The position numbers and the translations under genes were made by a program. The notes below the pieces were generated by a model. That model searched no databases, was not told where the DNA came from, and saw only the letters and a list, made by a program, of their open reading frames with translations. From Saccostrea cucullata (taxonomy: Eukaryota), in NCBI RefSeq assembly GCF_032062105.1, contig NW_026923228.1:1-64000 (forward strand): a DNA stretch of 64,000 nt, given 5' to 3'. Shown one piece after another: positions 35,801-48,450 of the stretch; the first letter of the stretch is position 1; each line of letters opens with the position of its first letter.

Positions 35801-38800
35801 TATCTTAAAATTATTTATTTTTAAAGTCATTGATTTCTGAAGGATAATACCGGTAGATATTAAGTCTGCTTTTTTTTCAGGGCATAGTAAGAGCTCTGAG
35901 AGAATACCAACAGAAGCTGATAGAAGGCAATGTTATTGTGTACGTCAGGAGGGCAGGGCCAAACTACCAGGAGGGGCTCAGGATCATGAGAGAACTGGGT
36001 GTGTATAATGGATGAAAGTTTTAAAAAATTATTTGTTTACTTCAAATTTTATTGAACTTAAACATTATCTTGTTAAAAAAAAGTTTTCTTTACTAAATTA
36101 AACAATTTGTACCTTTCTGATAATATTTTGCATGCTTGCAATAACTATTTAATAGGGATGTCAAAATATTCATTTTCCTTAGTCGAACATTCGATTGCAT
36201 TATTCGAACGATAGTCGACTATTCGGAACATTTTTTTCATAATAAAATCTTGATTTCCGTTTTACTTTCGTTTGCATAGACTATGCAAGATTTATCCTTC
36301 TTTGGTGTATGCATTATGCTTTTGACAGATATTCACAGGCACTTGACTTGTAGCTATTATGTTTACATGAAATTATATTTATTTAGTTTTATTATACATC
36401 AAAAACTACCAGCAAATATTTTTTAAACTCATTTAAATAAAATAAGATAAAAACAGCATCTACACGTCAGGTCCCCGTGTGCATGGTATGATATTGTTAA
36501 TTCCGATTACCGTATTAACTTTATAACGGTTAAATCCTCTAGCTTACAACACTACAAAGTATGCGTGTTTTTATAAAAATAATTATCAAATTATCAAAAC
36601 GTGTCTCGGCTATCGTACGTGAACCTTTGAACATGACTAAAATAACAATAGGCCCCTATTATGTATGCATGGAATGTAATGTCTAATTAACTGTGTTTTC
36701 ATTATAATTTTAGAAACAAAACCCAGCACAGTGATTCATAATTTATCAGAAAAACAATTGTTATTGACAATTATCAGATTATAGAAGAGGATTTATGCAT
36801 TTAACTTTTTCATAAATTTGTAATTAAGAGTTATCGCTCTTTTTTTATCGTATTTTATTTAGTCGATAGTCGGTCGCATTATTCGATGGTCGGTCCTTTC
36901 GACTGACAGTCGAATAGTCGACTATTCGTTGACATCCCTACTATTTAATATTTGTTTTTGCATTCTATTAAAATAATGATGGTTCATTAAATGTTTTTTA
37001 TTTTTATCACAGGAAATACCCTGGGAATTCCAATCCATGTATTTGGTCCAGAAACCCATATGACAGCTATTGTCAGTATGGCTCTTGGGAAAAGAGAGAT
37101 TCCATTAACACCACGGCCCATGAATACCACGGCAAACTTTTTGTTGCCAACTGGAGGGGTAGGTGTCTAAAAGCATATGTATAAACGTTCATTGTTATTG
37201 CTGTATAATCTCAGAGCATGCCAGTGCTTAACACCTGTTTTGTCAGGAATTAAAAATAACTGACGTTTTTTTTTTTTAAATGTAATCAGAACTTTCCACA
37301 GCATTAGCAGGAAATGCATATAAGTATTTAGCAATTCTAGCCCATTTAAAACCTTAAATATGAAAATAATTTTGATTATGAAATATTACAATTAGTGATC
37401 ATTTATTTTATCAAATTTCCAGGTTGTCCAGGTAATATTGAGCACTTTGATATTGTTATTAGTATAGCTGTAGTAATGTAACTTGTATGCAATATACTAT
37501 GGTGAAAATCCAGTGTAACAAATTTACTAACATTTTTCTACTCTTTTTAAAGAGAAGGGCACCTGCATTCCACCAAAAGAGCAGTTATTTTATCACAGTA
37601 CTACATATGTACACTTAATAGTAAAAACAGTAAACATTGGTGTATATTATTATAATTATATAAACTATATATAATAAACTTAAAAGAATAATTGCTTCAT
37701 GTGTCTGTGTCTGTTTGCATGTATTTTTTTTTTGGTACATTTGCTTATAAAGACATTCATGACAACATGTATGAAAATTTCCATATAAAACCTTCATCTA
37801 CCAGCCCCTTCAGATGCTGCATGCATGTTAACAGCATGCTGACTTGATTCAATCTAAATATTATGTTGAATATTTTTCTTCCCTAAAATTTATCTTTTGT
37901 TGCATTTTAATTCAATACATGCAGGCTTTGACACAACTGGGTCATGTATTTAAAACCTAATAACATATGTAAGTTATAGCTAAAGTGCACATGTAAATGT
38001 TATACATGAAAATTTTAATTTCTTGTTTGACATCATCACACTGTTTGTGGTTTGGTTTGAGGTACCTTTCACGGTTTACATAATATTTCAGGCTCCCTCA
38101 TTTTACTGCCAGCAGGGGATGTCTTTGGGGGTAAAGTTTTGATGTTGTATTGTTAGCATGCAGAGATTGTGATTCCTTTTTTTTCCTCCCATTTTTCATT
38201 ATTGAAAATGCAGCATTTATAGTTTCTTTTGCAAGATGAGTTTCCAAGAATAACTATCCTGAGTTTCTAGTGACTGCTGAAAGGCAATGCAATGTTAGTG
38301 TATAAGTTTATTGTGTTGATTTCTTCTCTTACAGTATTTCTATTGCATCACTTCCAATCAACAGACAAGACCAGTTCTCAAAAACTATTTTTTTTCCTTT
38401 TTTCCCTTGTGAAGAACTTTTAAGACAGAAGTTTTTTTTAGCATAATCTGTGAATTATAATTAAAAATGCTCCATCTGTTTCAGATATATTAAAATTTTG
38501 TAGTCTTAGAATAGTGAATATGAAATTTTGTCTGTCACTTTTTTCTTATGCTCTGAGTGGTGTTCCCATTTCATTACTTGTAAGAATGTATTTGAGAAAA
38601 AATATTCTACATATTTCTAGGTCTAATGATCCAAAAATTCAAATGAGGTTATCCATCAGCCATCTGTTGACTGTCAGATAACTTTTCAATTTTCAACTTT
38701 CTCTTCGAAACCACTTGGCCAAATTAAACCAAACTTGGGCTAACATACTAAGTTTATTAAAGATAATTATTTATTATATTGGCTAGGGTAAGTGTTATTC

Positions 38801-41800
38801 TCATTTGGACTGCTGTTTTTCTGTATTTTCATACATATTTAGGGATTATATGTAAAGTATGGAATTTACATTAAGTAGAATAAATCAAAGAATTTATTGA
38901 CCAAGGAATCCATTTAATTTTTCATTTATTGAGCAGATTGAGAGAAAAAAAATTGAGAACTGGTCATTTAAATATTTATGGACCTTTTACACCAGTCCTA
39001 TGTTGTTTAAAAAATATTATATATAGAAATACATTCTTACCTTATGTACATAAAAATATAGGTACATGTATATATATTACATTAATATCTTTTTCTTGGC
39101 TTTCTAAATTCAGTGTAATATACATGTACTATTTATCCTAGCTGATACATGTACTCCATATTGCAATAATGCTCAATATAAAGTCATGTAAATTGGTTGT
39201 TGCTCATTTTCAAGTTGTTGAATGATTTGTTGTACTGTAATACAGTAAACATTTACTTATGTTTGAATTGTAAGACTAGATGTTTTTGTTAGAAACAATT
39301 TTCTTGCACACTTCACACAATACACTGATACAGATGTATTAAATCTATTACACAGTTATCTAGAAAATGTGCACAAGTAAAAATCTTGGGATTAAAACAT
39401 GGTTTTCAGATGTATGCATGCTCTTCGAAATACTTGCAAAGGCCATTCAGCATCTCAAGTATACCAGACAATGTATTGTGACATAAATACATCTTTTCAG
39501 GCCTCTCCCTCAACTAGCAGAAGGGGGTCAGTTAATGAATCCACACCAAAGTCTGAGGTCAAGGTCACTGTTCAAGGTGAAGGTCAAAAGGCCACATCAA
39601 AGTCTGAGAGTACCCAGCCTCTGTTTACAGAGAAGACACAGTGTATTATCTGGGGGATGCAGCAGAGAGCCGTACAGGGGATGCTGGACTTTGATTACGT
39701 CTGCTCCAGGCGAGACCCTTCAGTAGTCGCCATGATTTATCCATTTACGTAAGTTAATAACTGTCAGGATAAATTCTTTTGGATTTTATTCTTAGTCAAG
39801 GGTTTCAAGTCATTGCTAAATGATTGGAAAAGTACATATAAACTTGTTTTTGAATTTTAACAGGGGAGACCACAAACAGAAATTTTACTGGGGACATAAA
39901 GAAATTCTTGTTCCAGGTAAATTTTTATTTGTATATGGAAAATGCAGAGTTGTTGAAGGTATGGTTTGTAAGGTGTTATTTATATTGGTAGAAATTTCAT
40001 CATAACATGATGGGTATTGTTTTATAGTTTACAAGAACATGGCTGATGCAATGAAGAAGCACCCACAGGCAGATGTCCTCATCAGCTTTGCTTCACTAAG
40101 GTCGGCTTTTGAGAGCACCATGGAAACTATGAGATACCCACAGGTATTGTCAAAAGCCTAAAAGATTTAAGCAATTTTAATACATCATATTTTATTTGAT
40201 GGCTATAAATTTCTGAAATGGAATTACATAAAATGGATGTGCTCATGCAAAGTTTTTCTGATGAAATGCTTACATGTATTGGGAAAAATATGATTCATAC
40301 TTAACTTCTTAGTGTTGGAATTAAGTATATCAATTCAGATGAATTGAAAAATATTTAAATTCATATCTATAGATTCGTACTATTGCCATCATTGCTGAGG
40401 GTATTCCAGAAAATCTGACAAGACAGATCATTAAAGAAGCTGACGAGAAAGGAGTGTTCATCATAGGACCTGCCACAGTAAGTTATAACTAGAGTCAACC
40501 AAGAAAAGCATGCCTCACTTGCTAAAGCATAATTGATGTCTGGTTAATCTTTTAGTGGCAAACTTGCATTAAAAGTCATACAAGTTTTAAAATACTCTCA
40601 CGAGTTGAAAGACTACTTTTTAATGGAATGTATCATCACATAGGGACATAACTCCTGAACTGTCAAGCTTAGGCTAAAATGAATAATTAAAATCATGCCA
40701 TTGGGTTACCCTGGTAAATTACAAAAGTCATAGCTCCAAGCAATATTTTAGCAGAATATCAAACACCTACCCCCTTACAGTTCTCAAACTTATTGCCAAA
40801 TTATTCTTTTAAAAAATAAGATAGCTATAAGCCTTCAACTCACACAAATTATTGATATATCATCATAAATCTATAATGTAGGTAGGTGGTGTGAAACCTG
40901 GATGTTTTAAGATTGGTAATACTGGAGGAATGTTAGACAATATCTTGGCATCGAAGCTGTTCAGACCTGGAAGGTAAGAGAAGTATGATGAAGGCGGAAA
41001 ATTTATTGCAGATGCTGAGTATCCACATGAAGAAACAATCTTAATTTCTCCATTACAAACTAATTGAATATCATTGCTTTTAAAACCAGTGTTTTTTGTT
41101 AAATACATGTATATCAGAAGCTTGCCCATTTTGAAAAGTTATATCACATTTTTCATATTAGAAATCAATAATAATTCATTGTCTCTTTTTTGCAGTGTTG
41201 CATATGTATCTAGATCAGGAGGCATGTCCAATGAATTGAATAACATCATCTCCCTTAATGCTAATGGTGTATATGAGGGGATAGCCATTGGGGGTGACCG
41301 ATACCCTGGCACAACTTTCATGGACCATATATTAAGATACCAAGAAGACCCAAAAGTCAAAATGATTGTATTACTAGGAGAGGTAACTCTGTCACTTTTA
41401 TTATTTAATTCAAACCTGGGATATTACGAAGAACAAATGTAAGGGAGAGAAATCTACTTATGATTTCAAACTTTATATATTGAATTTAGTTTGTTCAAGT
41501 TTTGTGTATTGCATTCTTACATGTAAATTAGTTTTTGCAACATTTAAAACCAATGTTTTTATAATTGATTACATGCACAGTTTTATAATTGTATATGATG
41601 AATCTCTATAATAATGTAGCAATTAATTACAGGTGGGTGGTACAGAGGAATACCACATTGTGAGTGCTATGAAGAGTGGACGTATAAACAAACCTCTGGT
41701 GGCCTGGTGTATAGGAACCTGTGCCAAAATGTTCACATCCGATGTAAGCTTTAGTTATTATATACATATTGTCTACTTTCATACCTCTTTTACTAAATTA

Positions 41801-44800
41801 ATGTTTTATTTAAATTCTGCAAAGATACTGAAAGAATATGTATCCTCCAAAAAAGTTTGATACAGAAAGTGTCCTCAAAATTGTTCAAACAGGTGCAGTT
41901 TGGCCATGCAGGTGCTTGTGCTAATGCAGAGGCAGAAACAGCCTCAGCTAAAAACCAAGCTTTGACAGATGCAAAGGCTTATGTTCCCAGAAGTTTCGAT
42001 GAATTGGGCACTCTAATAAAGTAAGAAAATGTCAAAATTTAGTTTTTTTAATTTACCAGTTCTTTTACTATTAATTATTATGATTATTAAATTATTTAAA
42101 AACTCATATTATGTTGATTAAGTGATTTTGAAACACACACAGATGGTCTGGAAACATGATCTCTCTGTTAGTCACTAGTTCTCTTTCATGTTTTCATCTT
42201 GAAGTCTACAAAGACCTCATATTATATATTATATTATCATAATAATTGTTTTGTACAGAGAGGTTTATGACAAGCTGGTAGAGAATGGGACCATTGTACC
42301 AGAACCTGAGAGACCTCCACCTACAGTACCGATGGACTTCACTTGGGCTAGAGTAAGTTACTGTCAAGTGGAACATTTAATATGTAACATTAATACTTAC
42401 ATAGATGTAATGAGAGGTATTTGTACACCATTTGAGTAAGAACATTTTAAAAATTAGATTGAATTATGTCTCTTGAGTTTACAACGGATTTCCTATGATT
42501 GATATTTGAAACAGGAAATTCTTGAATGTTAGTTCCATTGAGAAGTTCAGTATCTTTGAATTCAACATGAAAGAAATTAAGAGAAAAGCAGATTCATTTT
42601 AAGTAAAAAAAGTCTAGGAATCAAAGTACCCTATGTGTATCCCTTTTTTGCAGGAGCTTGGGTTGATCAGGAAACCTGCATCCTTTATGACCAGTATCTG
42701 TGATGAGCGGGGACAAGAACTATTGTATGCTGGGATACCAATCACGGACATTTTCAAAGAAGATATGGGTATCGGAGGTGTGCTTAGTTTGCTTTGGTTC
42801 CAGAGAAGGTTTGTCTTGAGATTATCTGTTTAACTATCTGTATTCAGCTAAAGATGAATATTAGGAAAATGGAAAAAATAGGCTCATCTTCAATAGCCAA
42901 GGGCTTCTGATCCAAAATCTACTCTAGAGTAGATTTCAAATCAGAGTCCCTTGGCTAGCTAGTTGAAATAGGCTTTGCCTGTTGCCAAATCCCATTCTAT
43001 TTCTTGTAAAAAAAAAGATGTATAAATAGAAATGAATATCATAAGTACTTCATTTACTTAGATTATGTCAAGATTGTGCTCTACATTATTGAGCACTGTT
43101 GATTAAAGGGACACATATTTTGCATCAGGCAAAATTCATGACCTTCTATTGATCAAATGTGGTGCTCGATGCAAAACTTTTAAGAAGTTCAATTTGAATT
43201 AAATCTGTGTGTTAATAAAAACAATATATGCTATACTTTGAACTGATATTTGTTCCATATCTTATTTCCAGATTACCAAAATATGCCACAAAGTTCATAG
43301 AGATGTGTTTAATGGTAACAGCTGACCATGGACCCGCCGTGTCAGGGGCTCATAACACCATCGTGTGTGCTCGAGCGGGCAAAGACCTGGTGTCCTGCCT
43401 AGCGTCTGGTCTCCTCACCATTGTAAGCTCATTCTATTATTAAATTTGATCTGACAAAGAGAAATTATTAAACTTGAATCTGTTCTTGAAGTATAGAATG
43501 GATTTGAGAAGTTAAGTTTTATAAATAAATAAAAACTAAATTTTGATGGATTTGAAAACTTAATGAACTAAACAATAATTCTTTGATAAATTGAAATAGA
43601 CTTAAAAAGTGTGGAATGCCATCTGAAATACTTTTATAATTTTACCTACAGGGAGATAGGTTTGGAGGGGCCCTGGATGCAGCAGCCAAACAGTTCTCTG
43701 ATGCCTATACCAGTGATATGATACCAATGGAGTTTGTCAACAACATGAGAAAGGAGGGGAAACTTATCATGGGGATAGGTCACAGGGTCAAATCAGTAAG
43801 TAAGGATAGGTCAAAGGGTCATATCAGTAGGAAAAGATAGGTCACAGGGTCAAATCAGTCGGAAAAGATAGGTCACAGGGTCAAATCAGTAGGAAAAGAT
43901 AGGTCACAGGGTCAAATCAGTGAGTACGGATAGGTCACAAGGTCAAATCAATAAGTAAGGATAGGTCAAAGGGTCAGATCAGTAAGAAAAGATAGATCAC
44001 AAGTCAATTCAGTAGGTAAAGATAGGTCTCAGGGCTAACTCGTCAAGTAAGAATATGCCACAGGGTCAATCAGTAAAGTTAAACGAAATTAAGGATAGAT
44101 CACAGGATTTTTTTTTGCAATATTCAGTTTGCCTTTTTTTCAGATCAATAATCCTGACATGAGAGTGGTGATACTTAAGGAGTATGCCCAGAAAAACTTC
44201 CCTGCTACACCTCTACTGGACTACGCCATAGAAGTGGAGAAAATTACAACTTCTAAGGTAATAACAGAAATTAAAGGGTAGAAAAAGCATGGAGTGATCT
44301 TAGTATGTCACTTTCATCATTGTCATTAACAACCTGTAGCATACATGCAAATTAATTATACCCCCCGCAAACGAAGTTTTGGGGGGGTATATGGTAATTA
44401 CCTTGTCCGTCCGTCCGTCTGTCTTGCTGTCTGTCTGTCCAGCTGTCTGTGCAAAAGTGTCCGGTTCATATCTTTCTTACGGAGGAACATTAGAATCTAC
44501 TGCTCCACACAAAGATTGCACTTGACCTAAGGGTGTGTCTTGACCTTGACCCAAGGTCATTTAGGGAAGTTCAAGGTCACTGGAAGAAAAATTTCATAAT
44601 TCGTGTCCAGTCCATATCTTTCTTATGGATAAACTTAGTAGGTTCTAATTTCACACAAAGATTGCACTTGAACTAAGGGTGTGTCATGACCTTGACCCAA
44701 GGTCATTTGGGGAAGTTCAAGGTCACTGGAAGAAAAAGTTCATAATTCATGTCCGGTCCATATCTTTCTTATTGATAAACTTGGTAGGTTCTAATTTCAC

Positions 44801-46202
44801 ACAAAGATTGCACATGACCTAAGGGTGTGTCATGACCTTGACCCAAGGTCATTTGGGGAACTTCAAGGTCACTGGAAGAAAAATTTCATAATTTGTGTCC
44901 ATATCTTTCTTATGGATAAACTTGGTAGGTTCTTATTCCACACCAAGATTCCTCCTGACCTTAGGGTGTGCCTTGACCTTTAACCAAGGTCCTTTTTGGA
45001 ACTTCAAGGTCACTGGAAGAAAAATTTCATAATTCGTGTCCTCTTCTTATGGATAAACTTGGAAGGTTCTAATTTCACACAAAGATTGCTCATGACCTAA
45101 GGATGTGTCATGACCTTATGTCAAGGTCACTTGGGGAAGTTCAAGATCACTGGAAATTTTTTTTATAATTTTTGTCTGGTCCATATCTTTCTTTATTATG
45201 GAAAAACTTGAATCTACTACTTCACACAAACATTTCTTATGACCTGAGGTTGTGTCATGACCTTGAACTAAGGTCATTTATGCAAGTTCAAGGTCACTGA
45301 CAGAAAAAGTTCATAATTCGTGTCTGGTCTGTATATTTAGTGTATTTTTGTTATTAGGCAGCACCTTCGTTGCATTTATAAAAAATATAATGAGCAATTA
45401 CATTTGCACTAAAAATGTTTTAGCATTTCTCTCTTCTCTTAGATCCATAAAATATTCATGATTTAGCACTTCTGAAAAAACCAGAGGGGGCCATTTTGTT
45501 CCGTTTGGACAGTTCTAGTTTATATTCAAATGGGAAGAGGGATTAAATCCTTTTACTGCTACATGTGCCATCATTTCTCTTTTTTGAAAACTCGTTTACT
45601 TCACTTTTCTGGATTAATAACTTTATGAATGTAACAATGTACATCTGGAATGATCAATTAATGAGCACATGTCCTCAATTCATTCAGCTTATTTATGCCT
45701 CTAAGTGGAATGGCAGTTGTTCTCTATATTTTGATTTATCAACACAGCAAGATTATAATGAGTGCTTGTATTTTTTATTTTCTAGAAACCTAACCTAATC
45801 CTGAATGTGGATGGTTTTATTGGAGTGGCATTTGTTGATCTGTTGAACAACTGTGGATGTTTTACTGGTGAGGAGGCCAGAGAATTGATAGATGTCGGGG
45901 CCCTCAATGGGTTATTTGTACTAGGTCGTAGCATGGGATTTATTGGTAAGTGTGATAACCCATAGCCCCATATGCATATATTTAAAAACTACTTCTGAAT
46001 ATTTTCAGCTAAATTGAATTTTTATTTAGTGTTTGTAGCACTTCAAGGAACCCATTTTGATAACTCACAACTTGTTTTTTAAGGTCATTTCCTGGACCAG
46101 AAACGACTGAAGCAGGGACTGTACCGACATCCTTGGGACGATATCTCCTATGTTATGCCAGAAACTATGGGATTGATGGGGGAGGATACAGATAAAATCT
46201 AG
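29851..46202 (+). CDS. ACLY: ATP-citrate lyase (ATP-citrate synthase), single-chain animal type, about 1098 aa, 26 coding exons
   Basis: Exons 29851-30000, 30434-30556, 32140-32202, 32470-32568, 32856-32947, 34267-34346, 34771-34901, 35015-35133, 35377-35575, 35881-35998, 37013-37158, 39501-39748, 39864-39916, 40028-40143, 40373-40477, 40882-40973, 41196-41382, 41633-41743, 41893-42020, 42259-42352, 42654-42808, 43272-43422, 43652-43795, 44144-44257, 45786-45945, 46084-46202. All introns GT-AG, phases compatible, total 3297 nt. Motifs [41 protein letters not shown] (phospho-His), [32 protein letters not shown]. Confidence 0.97.
33118..34160. mobile_element. Tc1/mariner-type MITE in ACLY intron
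   Basis: TA at 33116-33117 and 34161-34162; TIRs CGAGGGTTTCCCGTAAGAATCGTGGACAA / TTGTCCACGATTTTACGGGACAACCCTCG. Confidence 0.85.
36153..36940. mobile_element. hAT-type MITE in ACLY intron
   Basis: TIRs TAGGGATGTCAA / TTGACATCCCTA; 8-bp TSD CTATTTAA (36145-36152, 36941-36948); subterminal TCGA-rich motifs. Confidence 0.9.
43774..44106 (+). repeat. About 10 tandem copies of a 31-bp unit made from the end of an ACLY exon plus its splice donor
   Basis: Unit GATAGGTCACAGGGTCAAATCA+GTAAGTAAG and variants. Confidence 0.9.
44356..45520 (+). mobile_element. Helentron-associated non-autonomous element (HINE/pearl-like) with about 6 internal ~146-bp tandem repeats
   Basis: 5' TTATACCCCCCGC...GGGGGGTATA hairpin; (GTCY)n microsatellite; units starting near 44467, 44613, 44759, 44900, 45040, 45182; 3' GAGGGGG plus short palindrome ending in TT. 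Confidence 0.8.
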
Positions 46203-48000
46203 AGATCTTCAGACCTATCAAAGCCATCGGAATGTGTCCAGGGTGGGCCTTGAACAATCCAAGATGACGTGATCTCAAACGAGGGACTGAATATTAGTTT
46301 ACAAAATGCTTACTAGATAAAACTGTAGGGGAAATACTTCAAAGCCATTGAAAATGTTGTAGTTGTAATCAGTTAATTTGTTGTGGAAATAATCAATTTT
46401 TGTGATAAATCATTGTGCTAGAAAGTAATACATAGGCTAGGCTGAGAGCAGTATTTTTGTTATAAAATAGCCTGTATTTATATAGGGTGAAATACATTGG
46501 ATTTCTTGTAAAAGACATGCATTGACTGGACCATTAATTCATACATGTATGAGCACTGTGTAATTTATTTCTGTGCAATAGTTGCTATCATTTAAGAGTG
46601 CTTGATGTTAGTTAGTGAAGTTTTTGTTTGAATCATATACAACAAGTAAATGTCTCCTTTGTTAGAGAATGCATTTAAACGTATGTAATTTAAAGTTAGT
46701 GAGCATCTGTTTATTTTTCTCTTCTGTTTCATTTTGGTTTTTACTGTGGCCATATTATAAAATGTCTCATTTCACATTTGATTGCATTCTATAAATGTAC
46801 CTGATATGAGAGTATTAACGTATTCATGTAGTGTCTGTCAGTGTTCAAGCTGTTTAAGTTTGCAGTGTGAAAGTTTTCTGTTATTCAGTTTTCTGATTGT
46901 GGTTCATTTCGTAAGCTTCCTTATAAGGTATTACATATATTACCTTTTAGAAGTACACTATCTATTAAATCATGTATTTTATTAAATACATATATAATTT
47001 ATTATTTAAAAAAAATTAAGCTGTATGTTTCCGTCACAATTTACTAATTCTGATGTCAGTTGTTAATGGTTGCTTTGTTGTTTTAATAATTCTAAGGAAG
47101 GTGGGGTTGAGATTATGAAAATATATACACAGGTATGTACATGTCATATCTAATATATTACTACGACATGCTTGTATACATAAAGATAATATGCGAACTT
47201 CTTTATTGTTTATATATGTTTAAAGTAGTAAATTATTTTGTTACTGAATCTCCTCTCATATATATAAAAGATATATAATACATTTATTACTTGAAGGAAA
47301 GCTTGATTCTAGAAATTGAAATCCAGTCACCAAATTAGAATTTTTATATATCATCTGAAATGTTGGTAGAATACTTAAGTTAAATTTTATCATAATTCAT
47401 GTCGAAATCATTATCAATATTATTTAGCCCCTTGTGCATTTGATGTTACATTGAAATACAAAAAAAGTTAATGGTGCAATTCAAATGGGACTGTGACTCT
47501 GAATTATGAATAGGTCATTTTCATTTCAGAGGTTTTCTTTTAAGAAAATCCATGTAAAACATATCCATTTTGTGTATTGTCTTAGTAAGTTACTATAAAT
47601 GAGTTGTAATTTATTTTTGATTTGCATATCAAATATGTCTGCTGATAAAATATGAATAAATTAAAGAAATTTAACAAAACAGAAGCATTTGAATGGAAAT
47701 TATCCAGATCTGGGAGGTCTTTTGGAACATTTACATGTACCGGGGTACATGTAATTTTTTGTAATCTAAATCCAGTTTTCATCCATCTTGCATGTAATGT
47801 TGAAAGAGTCACAGGAATTCTGCAGATTTAGTAAATTTTATACATTTACTTTTCTTATTTATATCCAAATTTTCATTAATTTTCAAGCACTTTTTCTTTT
47901 AGAAAGCTTGTCCAACCACCAAATTTACAAATTTTATTCACCAATACACTGTATCAGATAATCTTATAAACAAACATCTCAGACAGGCAAGCTGCCTTGA

Positions 48001-48044
<44 letters not shown>

Positions 48045-48450
48045 CTTCTCCGACATCTGCCTATCTGTCTGTCTGTCTGTACACTTTTCACATTTAAGAC
48101 TTCTCAAGAACCAATGGGCATATTTTTACCAAAATTGGTACATGGCATCCTTGGGTAAAGGGGGAATATAATTCTTTAACGTGATGGGCCATGCCCATTT
48201 TACGAGGAATTAATAAATAAATCAAAAAAAGACAAAAATAGGGTGGGGTCATTAAAAAATCTTCAATCCAAGAACCACAGGGCCAGAAAAGCTGAAACTT
48301 AGGTGGAAGCATACCTGGATAGAGTAGATTCTAGATTGCTCATATAATGATACCCCTGGGGTAGGATGACTCCACAAAAAATATGAAGTTCTGGTAAGGA
48401 ACAGCAGGCCTTATAATATATATGTAATTGAGTATTATGGGCCTCTTGTA
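48001..48450 (+). mobile_element. Degenerate HINE-like element with oyster satellite-type core
   Basis: 5' TAGCTCACCTGAGCTGAAAGCTCAAGTGAGCT hairpin, (TGTC)n tract, 3' ATGGGCCTCTTGT. Confidence 0.65.

Noticed and set aside
35333-35830. 165-aa minus-strand ORF and other antisense ORFs over ACLY or Ngaro coding regions
   Set aside because: Shadow ORFs opposite real exons.
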